A stretch of DNA of 64,000 nt. It comes from an uncultured Pseudomonadales bacterium. GTDB lineage: Bacteria > Patescibacteriota > Microgenomatia > UBA1400 > UBA12028. Both the position numbers and the translations under genes were made by a program. Under the pieces are notes generated by a model. The model had not been told where the DNA came from. It ran no database searches and was given only the letters and a program-made list of their open reading frames with translations. The first letter of the stretch is position 1, and every line of letters starts with the position of its first letter. Location of the stretch: the NCBI GenBank assembly GCA_964635905.1, contig CAZWPK010000001.1, positions 224,293 through 288,292 of the forward strand, written 5' to 3'. Below are positions 18,598 through 28,052 of the stretch, in pieces.

Positions 18598-19851
18598 ATG
18601 CAGTCATCCAAAAAAATAATTATGATGCGTGAATTCAAAGGAAGATCGTATCCGCCTGACTTGGAAATTCGTCGGGTGACCTACAAACAAGGTGAGAAAG
18701 AAAAAGGAGAAAACATTGTCTATGCCAATCCTGTGTCGGTGATCATCTCCATCTCCGAAACTGGACAGATATCATCGCGTAAACAGTATCATCCTAAACA
18801 ATCTCCAAACGAGCAGCACCAATCCAGTGACAACTGGGCACGTAAGCACCTGGGAGAGAAATCTCGACAGTATACGTTTTTAGGAGAAATAGACCCTTGG
18901 GGAAAATATCTGTCCCAAGACTGTACAGTCTATGTTAATGTACCGTTGTCCATGTACTCTTATGCGAAAGCAGAACAGCTGATCCCTTGTGTTGATGCAC
19001 TATTACCTGGAATGTATGCCGAAGACGTAGATCTCACGATAGTGGCAGCGTTGTTCAAACTCAAGCTCTGGTTGGAATATCGTTCCCAAAGTGGACAGAT
19101 GATGAAAGCTCCTCCATTGCTAAATCTGGATCGTCGCAATCATGGAAAACCTGCGGAGGCAAACGAGTGGATGCGTATACATCACAATCGAATTGAGTCC
19201 TCAAATGATGGTGGCAAAACGGACCACGCAGGAAACGAAGCGGTCGGACTTGTATTGTTAGATCGTGAAGCTCGAAGAAACTATAGAACTATGCTGCGAG
19301 AGTTGGTCTTTTCGGATTCAGCCATGAGTGCAAAAGCACAAGCTCATAATTTTCAGTTTCCAAATGATATCGATACCTCAACGAATGACCTTCGCGTTGC
19401 CTTCTTAAACGAGCGTCGCAGTGCACAAGGAACGGAGACCCCCAACATCATTGGCGGGGGAGTATTACCTGGCCAAAAGCCTAGTGATGCATTCAAAACG
19501 GAGTTGACGCAGGAGACGATGATGGTTGCACCTACTTTTGGTTCCGTTCAACTTCTTGCATCGGGTTATTCGGACAAAGAGATCTTGTCCACCAACACAT
19601 CCATTTTCTTGGTGCCTAGAGCAGAAATTGGACGACGCGATGAAATTGTTCGTGCACTACAAAAACGGGATGAGATCTTTCGTACCGAGACAGTGATGGT
19701 TCCGCTTACGGAATTACTACATCAAATTGCCATTGGGGAGATTCGTGATGCACGCATCATTTCTGCGCTATCCACTCTCTTTAACGTGGAGGATCATAAA
19801 CAGCACTATAGAGATGCAGTACGCTATATGTCAAAGAGGCTACGCGAATAG
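18598..19851 (+). CDS. Hypothetical protein with degenerate Nudix domain(s)
   Basis: IIGGGVLPGQKPSDAFKTELTQETMM resembles the Nudix box; GEIRDARIISAL resembles the NudF C-terminus. Confidence 0.6.
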   Translation: MQSSKKIIMMREFKGRSYPPDLEIRRVTYKQGEKEKGENIVYANPVSVIISISETGQISSRKQYHPKQSPNEQHQSSDNWARKHLGEKSRQYTFLGEIDPWGKYLSQDCTVYVNVPLSMYSYAKAEQLIPCVDALLPGMYAEDVDLTIVAALFKLKLWLEYRSQSGQMMKAPPLLNLDRRNHGKPAEANEWMRIHHNRIESSNDGGKTDHAGNEAVGLVLLDREARRNYRTMLRELVFSDSAMSAKAQAHNFQFPNDIDTSTNDLRVAFLNERRSAQGTETPNIIGGGVLPGQKPSDAFKTELTQETMMVAPTFGSVQLLASGYSDKEILSTNTSIFLVPRAEIGRRDEIVRALQKRDEIFRTETVMVPLTELLHQIAIGEIRDARIISALSTLFNVEDHKQHYRDAVRYMSKRLRE

Positions 19852-19942
19852 TTGCGTTCACACAATACGGTCGAAATACTAAGCGAATGAGAGGACAGGT
19901 TGTAATCCTTGTATTGTTAAAATGTTACAATACAGGCCTATT

Positions 19943-21094
19943 ATGGCTAAAAAGGAAGAAAGAGCTTTGGGTGCTGCAGATGGTCGGTCAGAACGACGAC
20001 GAGAGCGTCCCGACGACAATAGAACCGAAGCAGCTGCAATTCGATCTGCGTCAATTTCGGAACTCAGGAATGTACCTTTATCGGAGCTGCAAGTTCGTTG
20101 GCAGTCAAGGTTTCCACAGTTTTTGGCTGGATTATCAGCTCTTCGAAGGGATAGGTATAGAGTTGTTGCGAGTGTGCCTTTCGTAGTAAAGGAATACATT
20201 GCTCTGCTTTCGATTGCTACACAAATATTGACCACCGCTGAAACGACGAAGGCTAGGCTTACAGACTTTACAGTTGAGGGACTGCAACGATTAATCGTGA
20301 GCGTAGACATGGAGTATTTTCGTTGTGAGCGTGAGAGGCTACCATTCTTTACAGCCTATGCAACCAATGAGCAACAACAGAGTCTTCTAGCATTAGAAGG
20401 GTACTTGCGAGATCAATTATCGATTTCACCGCGAGAGCAGAATCGAACTCAGTTTGTAGAAAAGATGATCGTCGACTTAGATAGACTTCTGGGGACATTT
20501 AAACAATCAGTATTTTCGTATCTGTCCGCAGAAGATCGATCCAGACCAGTCGAACTTTCCCAACTGCTTGAACAACGATTAGAGATTAACTCGATGATTG
20601 ATCAGCTTCTTCAGAGCTCGCAGGCTGGAATCTTTCGACAGCGTATTCAAGCAGCGCAGGCAAAATATCAGACGTATCAGACGCTTCTTTCCCTAGATGC
20701 GGCTGCTATTTATAACGCCCCATCTGAAAAAGAAGTAACTCAGGCGTTGTTATACACTTTGCTACGGAGTGCTGCCCAATCTCTCTCTACGTTCTTTCAT
20801 GTTAATGAGTATTGGAGAAATTATAAGGTACATGATCCACGACTGACGCCACTTTTTAGATCCACACTGACAATCTATAAAGTGCTGCAGGCTTTTTTTG
20901 TTTTGGACCCAAGTGGTGCGTATGAAAAAAGGATTAAATCTTCAATAAAAAGTATTCAATATATGCTACGGGACGTCCCGAGAGATATTGAAAAAAGGTA
21001 TCAACCTGGTTCACAAGAAAATATTCAAGAATTTTCCACCGCTCTTGAGTATATTAAGAATGCTCCGCATACTAAAAATCCTAGACGCAATTGA
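19943..21094 (+). CDS. Hypothetical helical protein (orphan)
   Basis: ~383-aa ORF with a charged N-terminus. Confidence 0.7.
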   Translation: MAKKEERALGAADGRSERRRERPDDNRTEAAAIRSASISELRNVPLSELQVRWQSRFPQFLAGLSALRRDRYRVVASVPFVVKEYIALLSIATQILTTAETTKARLTDFTVEGLQRLIVSVDMEYFRCERERLPFFTAYATNEQQQSLLALEGYLRDQLSISPREQNRTQFVEKMIVDLDRLLGTFKQSVFSYLSAEDRSRPVELSQLLEQRLEINSMIDQLLQSSQAGIFRQRIQAAQAKYQTYQTLLSLDAAAIYNAPSEKEVTQALLYTLLRSAAQSLSTFFHVNEYWRNYKVHDPRLTPLFRSTLTIYKVLQAFFVLDPSGAYEKRIKSSIKSIQYMLRDVPRDIEKRYQPGSQENIQEFSTALEYIKNAPHTKNPRRN

Positions 21095-21219
21095 TGAGTA
21101 GTGAGCTAAAGAGCAGTTAATCGGACTGTTTTTGCTTTTTTTAGTGAATACGGTCACCAGTGCTATCAAATCAAGGACATAACCGCTCCCATTTCTTTAG
21201 TCTTGTGATATACTACGAC

Positions 21220-21295
21220 CTCGTATTTATCACACACCCGTAGTAGATTCTCCTTGAACTACACCGCTACGGGGAGGCTGAAAGGAGAGAAACAT
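21220..21295 (+). promoter_or_regulatory. rpsB 5' leader (S2 autoregulatory, t44-like)
   Basis: TATACT at 21209; CACACAC, then stem CCCGTAG/CTACGGG, then GGAGG, matching the rpsB leader architecture. Confidence 0.6.
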
Positions 21296-22036
21296 ATGGC
21301 ATCAGAGCCACAATTCTCTATTGATCTTGAGTTACTTTTGGAGGCAGGTTGTCACTTTGGACACCAGGCACGCCGATGGAACCCCAAGATGAAGAAGTAT
21401 ATTTTTACCGAACGGGATGGAGTCCATATCTTTGACTTGGCTCAGACTGCAGCCCAGCTCGAAGAAGCATGCAACACGTTGTATGCCGCTGGAAAAGAAG
21501 GCAAAACGGTCGTTTTTGTCGGAACCAAACGCCAAACCAAAGATATCGTGCGTGAGCATGCCATTGATGCCGGAGCTAGTTTCACCGTTACCCGTTGGCC
21601 AGCTGGCTTAATCACCAACTGGGAACAGGTGGGGAAATCTATTACCAAGCTCAACCAAATGAAAAAGGATCGTGAAGAGGGTAAATTTGCCAAGTACACC
21701 AAGTATGAACAGGTGCAGTTGGATAAAGATATCGAACGCTTAGAACGATTCTTCGGTGGAGTTGCCACCTTGAAACGCACTCCCGATATGTTAGTGGTCG
21801 CTGACTTAAACACCGACTTAGTCGCTGTCAAAGAAGCGAAGCTTAAAAACATTCCTGTCATTGCCTTGGCAGACAGTAATACCGATCCTGACTACGCTGA
21901 CATCGCAATCCCAGGGAATGACGATGCGGTTGGCAGTATCAAAATTCTCATTGCGCATTTGGCGACTGCCTTCAAACAAGGCAAAGAATTAGTCAAGAGT
22001 GCAGAAGAGAAGAAAGAAACAGTCGTACAGGCATAA
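21296..22036 (+). CDS. rpsB: 30S ribosomal protein S2
   Basis: LLEAGCHFGHQARRWNPKM, FVGTK, DSNTDP and PGNDDA. Confidence 0.98.
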   Translation: MASEPQFSIDLELLLEAGCHFGHQARRWNPKMKKYIFTERDGVHIFDLAQTAAQLEEACNTLYAAGKEGKTVVFVGTKRQTKDIVREHAIDAGASFTVTRWPAGLITNWEQVGKSITKLNQMKKDREEGKFAKYTKYEQVQLDKDIERLERFFGGVATLKRTPDMLVVADLNTDLVAVKEAKLKNIPVIALADSNTDPDYADIAIPGNDDAVGSIKILIAHLATAFKQGKELVKSAEEKKETVVQA

Positions 22037-22054
22037 GTAAAGGAGAGAAACCCT

Positions 22055-22507
22055 ATGGCATTTGATAAAGCATTACTTATTCAACTTCGTGATGAAATGG
22101 GAGCTGGCGTCATGGACGTCAAACGCGCGCTAGAAGAATGTGATGGAGACGTGGACAAGGCACGACAATGGCTATCTGAAAAAGCAATCAAGACTGCTGA
22201 GAAAAAAGCAGATCGAGAAGCTGGAGAAGGCGTGATTGGCTCCTACGTGCATACCACCGGAAAAGTCGCTGCTCTGGTCACCTTAAACTGTGAAACAGAT
22301 TTTGTGGCACGTACCCCAGATTTTCAAAATTTGGCACGAGAAGTCGCCATGCAGGTTGCTAGTATGAATCCAGAAACAGTGGAAGAATTACTCGCACAAC
22401 CCTACATCCGCGATGCCAAAAAGAGTATTGCTGAGCTGGTCAAAGAGACCGCAGGCAAACTTGGAGAAAATGTCGTCGTGAAGGAATTTTCCCGCCTAAG
22501 CATCTAG
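22055..22507 (+). CDS. tsf: Elongation factor Ts (short form)
   Basis: LRDEMGAGVMDVKRAL, KKADR and LNCETDFVAR. Confidence 0.95.
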   Translation: MAFDKALLIQLRDEMGAGVMDVKRALEECDGDVDKARQWLSEKAIKTAEKKADREAGEGVIGSYVHTTGKVAALVTLNCETDFVARTPDFQNLAREVAMQVASMNPETVEELLAQPYIRDAKKSIAELVKETAGKLGENVVVKEFSRLSI

Positions 22508-22527
22508 CGAAAAAAAAGATCGTAATT

Positions 22528-22559
22528 AAAAAGGGCTCGATGACATCGGGCCCTTTTTT
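22528..22559. terminator. Bidirectional intrinsic terminator
   Basis: AAAAAGGGCTCGAT-gac-ATCGGGCCCTTTTT between convergent genes. Confidence 0.85.
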
Positions 22560-22587
22560 GTAGTCAATCGTTGCAATGTGTTGTAAC

Positions 22588-23505
22588 TTAATTTGCTTGC
22601 GGAGTAGAGGACCCTGTCGTTGGGTCTTCTGCTACCGTAGGCATCGCCGGAATGGCGGCATCTACTGTCTGCGTTGCATCCAGTGGCTGATCCAATGGTT
22701 GGGTGACCGAGTCCGATAAATCGGGAACCGTCGACGGTTGAGGGTCTGTTGGTGGCTGTGAGGCTGCAGCAGTACTGGCCGTGATGGCAAGCTGTCGTAA
22801 GACTTGGGCTAGATGTTCAACGGTAGCAATGATTTGTGCCGAGGTTACGGTTTCTTTGAGGTGACCAAGTAGCGAGTCGACAATATCTGCATAGAAGTGA
22901 ATACCTTGTTCTTTGGGCATGCCGCCGCGCTGCATAAAGGTAAACAGGGAAATGGATCGATTGTAGGCATCTTGGAGGTAGTCATGCGTGACTGCATTGA
23001 TGACGATCAGTGTTTTAATTCCCACAATTACTTCAATCAAATTCAAGCTGTCTTCTTGTTCAAACACATGCGAGAGCACCAGATGATCCATCAAGGTCAT
23101 ATCATAATACAGCAGCACCTCTTCTTTGCTAAAGGCATGGGAGTCTTTGACCTGTATTTCTAGACTCGAAAGGTAGCGCTGGTAGGCAGGAATGATGGTG
23201 GTAAAAATCACGGAAAAGCTGTGTCCCAACGAGGGGTAGGTGGTAAGCAGTGGAGAAAGTTGGGGTGTTAAGGCATGAATCATTTCTCGACTGGTAGACA
23301 GCTTGTGGTCGTCTAACGAATTGAGCAAATCAATGAGCTGTTTTAAGGAATCCCGCTGCGTATCGGTTAAGGGCTGATTGGTCAAACTGTTCCAGAGAAA
23401 ATCCACAAAAAAGCGGATTTTATTCACTGGAAAATCTTGATCGGAATCTTTAGCGTAGGTTGGAACAAGCTGGGTATAGAGTGTTGAAAGTTGTGATGCA
23501 TCCAT
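22588..23505 (-). CDS. Hypothetical protein: helical domain plus low-complexity P/T/D tail
   Basis: 305-aa ORF. Confidence 0.7.
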   Translation of the reverse strand: MDASQLSTLYTQLVPTYAKDSDQDFPVNKIRFFVDFLWNSLTNQPLTDTQRDSLKQLIDLLNSLDDHKLSTSREMIHALTPQLSPLLTTYPSLGHSFSVIFTTIIPAYQRYLSSLEIQVKDSHAFSKEEVLLYYDMTLMDHLVLSHVFEQEDSLNLIEVIVGIKTLIVINAVTHDYLQDAYNRSISLFTFMQRGGMPKEQGIHFYADIVDSLLGHLKETVTSAQIIATVEHLAQVLRQLAITASTAAASQPPTDPQPSTVPDLSDSVTQPLDQPLDATQTVDAAIPAMPTVAEDPTTGSSTPQAN

Positions 23506-23523
23506 AGAAGGGAAATTTCTAGT

Positions 23524-24369
23524 TTACGATACTGTGTATTGTATCCTGTTTTTGCGGATTTCGAAGCAGACGAGTGCCACGATTCCAAAGAAGGCGATGC
23601 TTAGAAGGGATATGTTTAAATCCGAATACAGGATCTGTGCAACGGCATCAATAAAGGCGGCGACCGCTCCCACACTCAAACCCAACTTGATTAAGGATTT
23701 TTGCGTGAAGCGAATCCCAATCAACGGAGAAAAGAGTGCGACCACAAACAGGTAGATAGCGACGGCTACAAGTGTCGACAACATTCCCGCCAGCCATAAG
23801 AAGGGAAACAACAATACTAGCAGGATCGACACACTCAACGGCAGTGCCGTTAGAATTTCCTGCACGCGACCAGCCAGCTCAAGTTTGGTAAACGAAAAAT
23901 CATCGTTGAGGAAATCGCGGTAGGAGAGTGGGGTAGCTTCCATCCAGGTTCCCTCTACCGGGTAACGCAGTTGCATTGTTGACTCTTGAAGGTTTACGAC
24001 GGCTAACGTCTGCGCATCAAAGGCTTGAAGCAATGTCTGGGGCATGCCGTTGTCCAATAGCTTTTTTGGCGTTTTTAAGACCAAGGGTAGGGATGTATGT
24101 TCAATTGTCAGTTTGTCATTGGAATACTGGATGACAGTTTGCTCTGGGAGTTGATCCAGAACACCGGGTAACTCTTCTTGAGCCAGTTTGATGAAGCGAG
24201 GCAAGGTTTGAAAACGGAGATCAAGACTGTTCAAGAGTACCGTAAATCCAGAGACCAGGATAAAGAAGAGTACCGAAGAGAGAACAGGAGAGCGTAATTT
24301 CCCTAAATAAAACTGCGGCGTGATCAGCGCAAATTTAAGTTGAGAAAAAATCCAAAAGAGACGAACCAT
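23524..24369 (-). CDS. Membrane protein (DUF1189-like topology)
   Basis: One N-terminal TM, a large soluble loop and 3-4 C-terminal TMs. Confidence 0.7.
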   Translation of the reverse strand: MVRLFWIFSQLKFALITPQFYLGKLRSPVLSSVLFFILVSGFTVLLNSLDLRFQTLPRFIKLAQEELPGVLDQLPEQTVIQYSNDKLTIEHTSLPLVLKTPKKLLDNGMPQTLLQAFDAQTLAVVNLQESTMQLRYPVEGTWMEATPLSYRDFLNDDFSFTKLELAGRVQEILTALPLSVSILLVLLFPFLWLAGMLSTLVAVAIYLFVVALFSPLIGIRFTQKSLIKLGLSVGAVAAFIDAVAQILYSDLNISLLSIAFFGIVALVCFEIRKNRIQYTVS

Positions 24370-24446
24370 ACAGCGTATGGTATCACGAGGACCGATCTTT
24401 CTTTCTGTGCAGTTCCCTCTATAATAGGACTACATTAAGGAGAACT

Positions 24447-24998
24447 ATGTTTAATTTCGCCCCACTCAAACAAGACGCTGAAAAACTCATTGAGGTGTTT
24501 GCTTCCGATCTTGCCACCATTCGCACCGGTCGAGCCAAGCCATCGCTCGTCGAAAACATTGAGGTCCAGGCCTATGGCTCGATGATGAAAATGTTAGAGG
24601 TTGCTTCCATTACTGCTCCCGATTCGGCCTCCATTGTAATTAAGCCATGGGACAAATCGGTCTTAAAAGACATTGAAAAAGCCATCTCGATATCCGATCT
24701 CCACATTCCACCCGTCAATGATGGAGAACAAATCCGTCTAAACATTCCTCCATTAACCGGTGAGCGTCGACAAGAACTCATTAAGCTTGTGGCGCAAAAA
24801 AAGCATGCCGCCCTAGACATGCTGCGGGACATCCGGACCAAGTACAAGAAAATGGTCGATAACCAAAAAGGCCAGGCTGGAGTAAGTGAAGATGACATCA
24901 AGCGCGATCTAGAGGCACTGCAAAAGCATACCGAAGAATTCACCGCTAAGCTAGAAGAGCGCGCTGCAGGGAAAGAAAAAGAGCTTTCCGAGCTTTAA
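24447..24998 (+). CDS. frr: Ribosome recycling factor
   Basis: IRTGRAKP, IKPWDKS and PPLTGERRQEL. Confidence 0.97.
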   Translation: MFNFAPLKQDAEKLIEVFASDLATIRTGRAKPSLVENIEVQAYGSMMKMLEVASITAPDSASIVIKPWDKSVLKDIEKAISISDLHIPPVNDGEQIRLNIPPLTGERRQELIKLVAQKKHAALDMLRDIRTKYKKMVDNQKGQAGVSEDDIKRDLEALQKHTEEFTAKLEERAAGKEKELSEL

Positions 24999-25061
24999 AC
25001 GTCATCGTGTACGTTCCTGATTGCGATTGAGATACCGCAGTACTTCCCGTACAATTGCCGG

Positions 25062-26159
25062 ATGGATGTTGTGATTTTCATTCTAATCTTATTGTTTCTC
25101 ATCGTGATTCACGAGTTGGGGCATTTCTTTACTGCTCTTTGGTGCAAGGTAAACGTTTTAGAATTTGGAATTGGAATTCCACCGAAAGTTAAAACACTCT
25201 TTACCTATAAAGGAATTCCCTTCACGCTCAACGCTCTTCCGTTTGGTGGTTTCGTACGCATGGAAGGTGAAGGAGACGAGAGTGGTACTTCATCTGTCTC
25301 GGGTCGAGTTTCACTCCGTGATCTACCTTTGCATAAGAAATTATTCGTCGTGCTTGCAGGAGCAGCAGTTAATTTTATTTTTGGCATTGTTGCATTTTCA
25401 ATCATCTTTTCGATTATTGGTATTCCTGTCAAAGATCCCTACGTTCGGATCACTGGGACTTCTGAAGGTAGTCCAGCCCAGCTTGCAGGAATACAGGCAG
25501 GTGACCAAGTTGTTTCCATGACCTTAGAAGACAAATCCACAATTGAAATTACGAATAAGGATCAATTTGAAGAGATTATCAAGTCGCAAAAAGGGAAATT
25601 CATTACAGTAACTTTTCTGCGTCAAGATCAACTAACCGATGTGACAGCAAAAGTTCGAACTGATGATGAAATTCCTCCGGGAGATGGTGCGCTGGGGGTT
25701 GGTTTCACGCAAGAAACGTTGAAGCGCTTCCCTTGGTATCAGGTTCCATTTCGTGCAGTTGTAGTGGGAACAGAGCAGTCGGTCCAGTTCGGTACTTTAA
25801 TCGTTACTTCTTTAGGTGACATGTTTGGCAAACTATTTAGTAACGGCACAGTACCCACAGATGTGGCTGGACCAATCGGAATCGCCTATAGAGTGCAGAA
25901 GGACAATCTATTTGAGGGAGGACCCATCGTGATGCTAAACTTTGCCGCTATGCTCTCGGTGAACTTGGCAATTATGAATGTGCTTCCGATTCCAGCACTG
26001 GATGGGGGACGCGCCTTTTTCATGTTGATCGAAAAACTATTTCCGAAAGGAAAGCGCGTACAGATTGAACAGGTCTTTAATAACGTGGGCTTTACGCTCC
26101 TGATTGGGTTACTAATCCTGATTACTTTCAAGGATGTGTTGCAAATCTTTCGACCGTAA
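25062..26159 (+). CDS. rseP: Site-2 protease RseP (M50) with PDZ domain
   Basis: HELGH, PFGGFV, AGAAVN, PDZ SPAQLAGIQAGD and NVLPIPALDGG. Confidence 0.93.
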   Translation: MDVVIFILILLFLIVIHELGHFFTALWCKVNVLEFGIGIPPKVKTLFTYKGIPFTLNALPFGGFVRMEGEGDESGTSSVSGRVSLRDLPLHKKLFVVLAGAAVNFIFGIVAFSIIFSIIGIPVKDPYVRITGTSEGSPAQLAGIQAGDQVVSMTLEDKSTIEITNKDQFEEIIKSQKGKFITVTFLRQDQLTDVTAKVRTDDEIPPGDGALGVGFTQETLKRFPWYQVPFRAVVVGTEQSVQFGTLIVTSLGDMFGKLFSNGTVPTDVAGPIGIAYRVQKDNLFEGGPIVMLNFAAMLSVNLAIMNVLPIPALDGGRAFFMLIEKLFPKGKRVQIEQVFNNVGFTLLIGLLILITFKDVLQIFRP

Positions 26160-26203
26160 GCGCGTCTCTTGTCAAACCACCATTTGGTCGGCATACTTAC
26201 TGT

Positions 26204-27859
26204 ATGCGTCGAGCTTTTTTTTGTTTTTTATTTCTTAGCTTTTTTACATTTCTTGCATTTCAGTCTGCGTCTCCAGTCTTTGCTGGTCGCACCTGTTGTG
26301 AACGTCGCTATCTACCCAACGGCGCGGTAGATCCTGCTGGCTGTAATGCCTGTACCGAAGGCATTGACACGAAAAACTATGGAGATAGTTGTGGATCTGT
26401 TTCATACCCCTCCTGTCAGGTGTGTCCTGCCAGTCGACCCATAGCCAATGCCTGTGGTGGTGGAGGGAGTACTCCACCTCCAACCGCACCACCCACTGCG
26501 CCCCCACCAGTGTGTACTTGTGAAGCTTGGAAGCCAGCCGAATGTGGAGCTGCAGGAGGTTGTCCATTGGGTCAACGACGCTTGATGCGAACCTGTAGTC
26601 CTTCTGGCTGTCAGACCCAGAGTATGTGTCAGGCGGACCCGACGTGTTCTGCCACAGTAACTTCCACGATTCAAACGGACCCATCGTTAGCAGGGAAGGC
26701 ACCACCACAACGCATCGGTGGATTTGGCGGTGGATACTGTATCTCGGCTGATCCAGGAAGTCCGATTAGTACGGGAAGCATTTCGGCGAAAGACGCAGCT
26801 GGAAAAGTAACGAATGGAACTATTAGTTCTGGTGTCTATACGATTTCGAATCTAGATCCCAAAACCAATGAATACACGATCACCTATGACCCGTTAAATC
26901 CCAACCTCACCTGTACGTGTCCAGCGGGCTGTGTGTATACCGGGAAAAGTGCCCCAACCACAGAAGATTTGAAATTCTTTGTCTCCCCAATGGGAACCTC
27001 GTGGTTCCAGACCATGGGTGGCGACATCGGTGCCTTTGCCTCCGGTGGAACAAGTATTCGCAATCGGATCCCTGACACGTGTACCGAGCCGTGGTGTCAG
27101 CCGTACTTGTCACTTCCCACCACTCCCACACAGCTGCAAACTGTTGGGGCAGTGGTGACGAATCGCGGAGCAAGTATCGATCTGCAAGAACAAGCTGGTA
27201 CCCAAGAATTCTATGTTGGACCGTCTGGAATTAATCGCGTTGCCAAGTTGCCAACCTCACTTGTTTGTCGCGAAAATTATGACTATTTTTACCGGCTCTA
27301 TAGCATGGGAGCAAGTCCCACACTAGACTTTACTAACCCAATCGATGCTAGAAAACCAACCGTGCCTCCACTGAATGGAAAACCCGCCTATTTCTATCAG
27401 GGGAGCGTCCCGCTCACAATTGATTCTCCCTGGCAAGTTTCTGGAAACGAAAGCATCGTGATCTTTGTAAAAGGGAACTTGGTCATCAAAAATACGATCA
27501 AGGTCGCAAACGGAGCATTCCTTTCCTTTATCGTTTCAGGTTCGATTACCATTGATCCAAGTGTAGGGACCACGGACTTTACTAGCGTCTCCGGAGTGGT
27601 TCAGGGAGTGTACATTGCCAATGGCAATATCGTAGTCAACTCGACAGGGGCAGCCGGAACAGACTTAAAATTCGTGGGAGAGGGCATCTTTGCGACTTGC
27701 GGAAGTGTTCGATTACCTCGAGACTACAAGAATGGCGGCAATGGACTGCAGAATAACAAGGTACCCGCCTCGCTCTTTGTGTATCGCCCCGACTTCGTCC
27801 AAAATACGCCCTCAAGGATGAAAGAGAGCCGGATCAACTGGCAAGAAGTTGCGCCCTAA
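26204..27859 (+). CDS. Exported Cys-rich surface protein, paralog 1 (TSP1-like module plus C-terminal beta-rich domain ending WQEVAP)
   Basis: Signal peptide ending VFA; Cys-rich N-terminus; Pro linker; C-terminal ~300 aa shared with 29920..32823. Confidence 0.85.
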   Translation: MRRAFFCFLFLSFFTFLAFQSASPVFAGRTCCERRYLPNGAVDPAGCNACTEGIDTKNYGDSCGSVSYPSCQVCPASRPIANACGGGGSTPPPTAPPTAPPPVCTCEAWKPAECGAAGGCPLGQRRLMRTCSPSGCQTQSMCQADPTCSATVTSTIQTDPSLAGKAPPQRIGGFGGGYCISADPGSPISTGSISAKDAAGKVTNGTISSGVYTISNLDPKTNEYTITYDPLNPNLTCTCPAGCVYTGKSAPTTEDLKFFVSPMGTSWFQTMGGDIGAFASGGTSIRNRIPDTCTEPWCQPYLSLPTTPTQLQTVGAVVTNRGASIDLQEQAGTQEFYVGPSGINRVAKLPTSLVCRENYDYFYRLYSMGASPTLDFTNPIDARKPTVPPLNGKPAYFYQGSVPLTIDSPWQVSGNESIVIFVKGNLVIKNTIKVANGAFLSFIVSGSITIDPSVGTTDFTSVSGVVQGVYIANGNIVVNSTGAAGTDLKFVGEGIFATCGSVRLPRDYKNGGNGLQNNKVPASLFVYRPDFVQNTPSRMKESRINWQEVAP

Positions 27860-27989
27860 TACGTGCTTCTAACGCGTAATTATTGATTTTCCTACAAATG
27901 TGCTAAAATATAGTCTTAATGAAGCGATCTGAGTGCTTAAGCACCCACGAAGTAGATGATCTCTTTGTTACTTACGTAGACAAATAAGT

Positions 27990-28013
27990 AACCGCTCCTG
28001 CGGTTCTTTTTTT
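27990..28013 (+). terminator. Intrinsic terminator upstream of the SH3 gene
   Basis: AACCGC-tcct-GCGGTT-C-T7. Confidence 0.65.
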
Positions 28014-28052
28014 ACCCTACCGCAAGTCTTATAGTAATAGAGTAAAGGTTAT

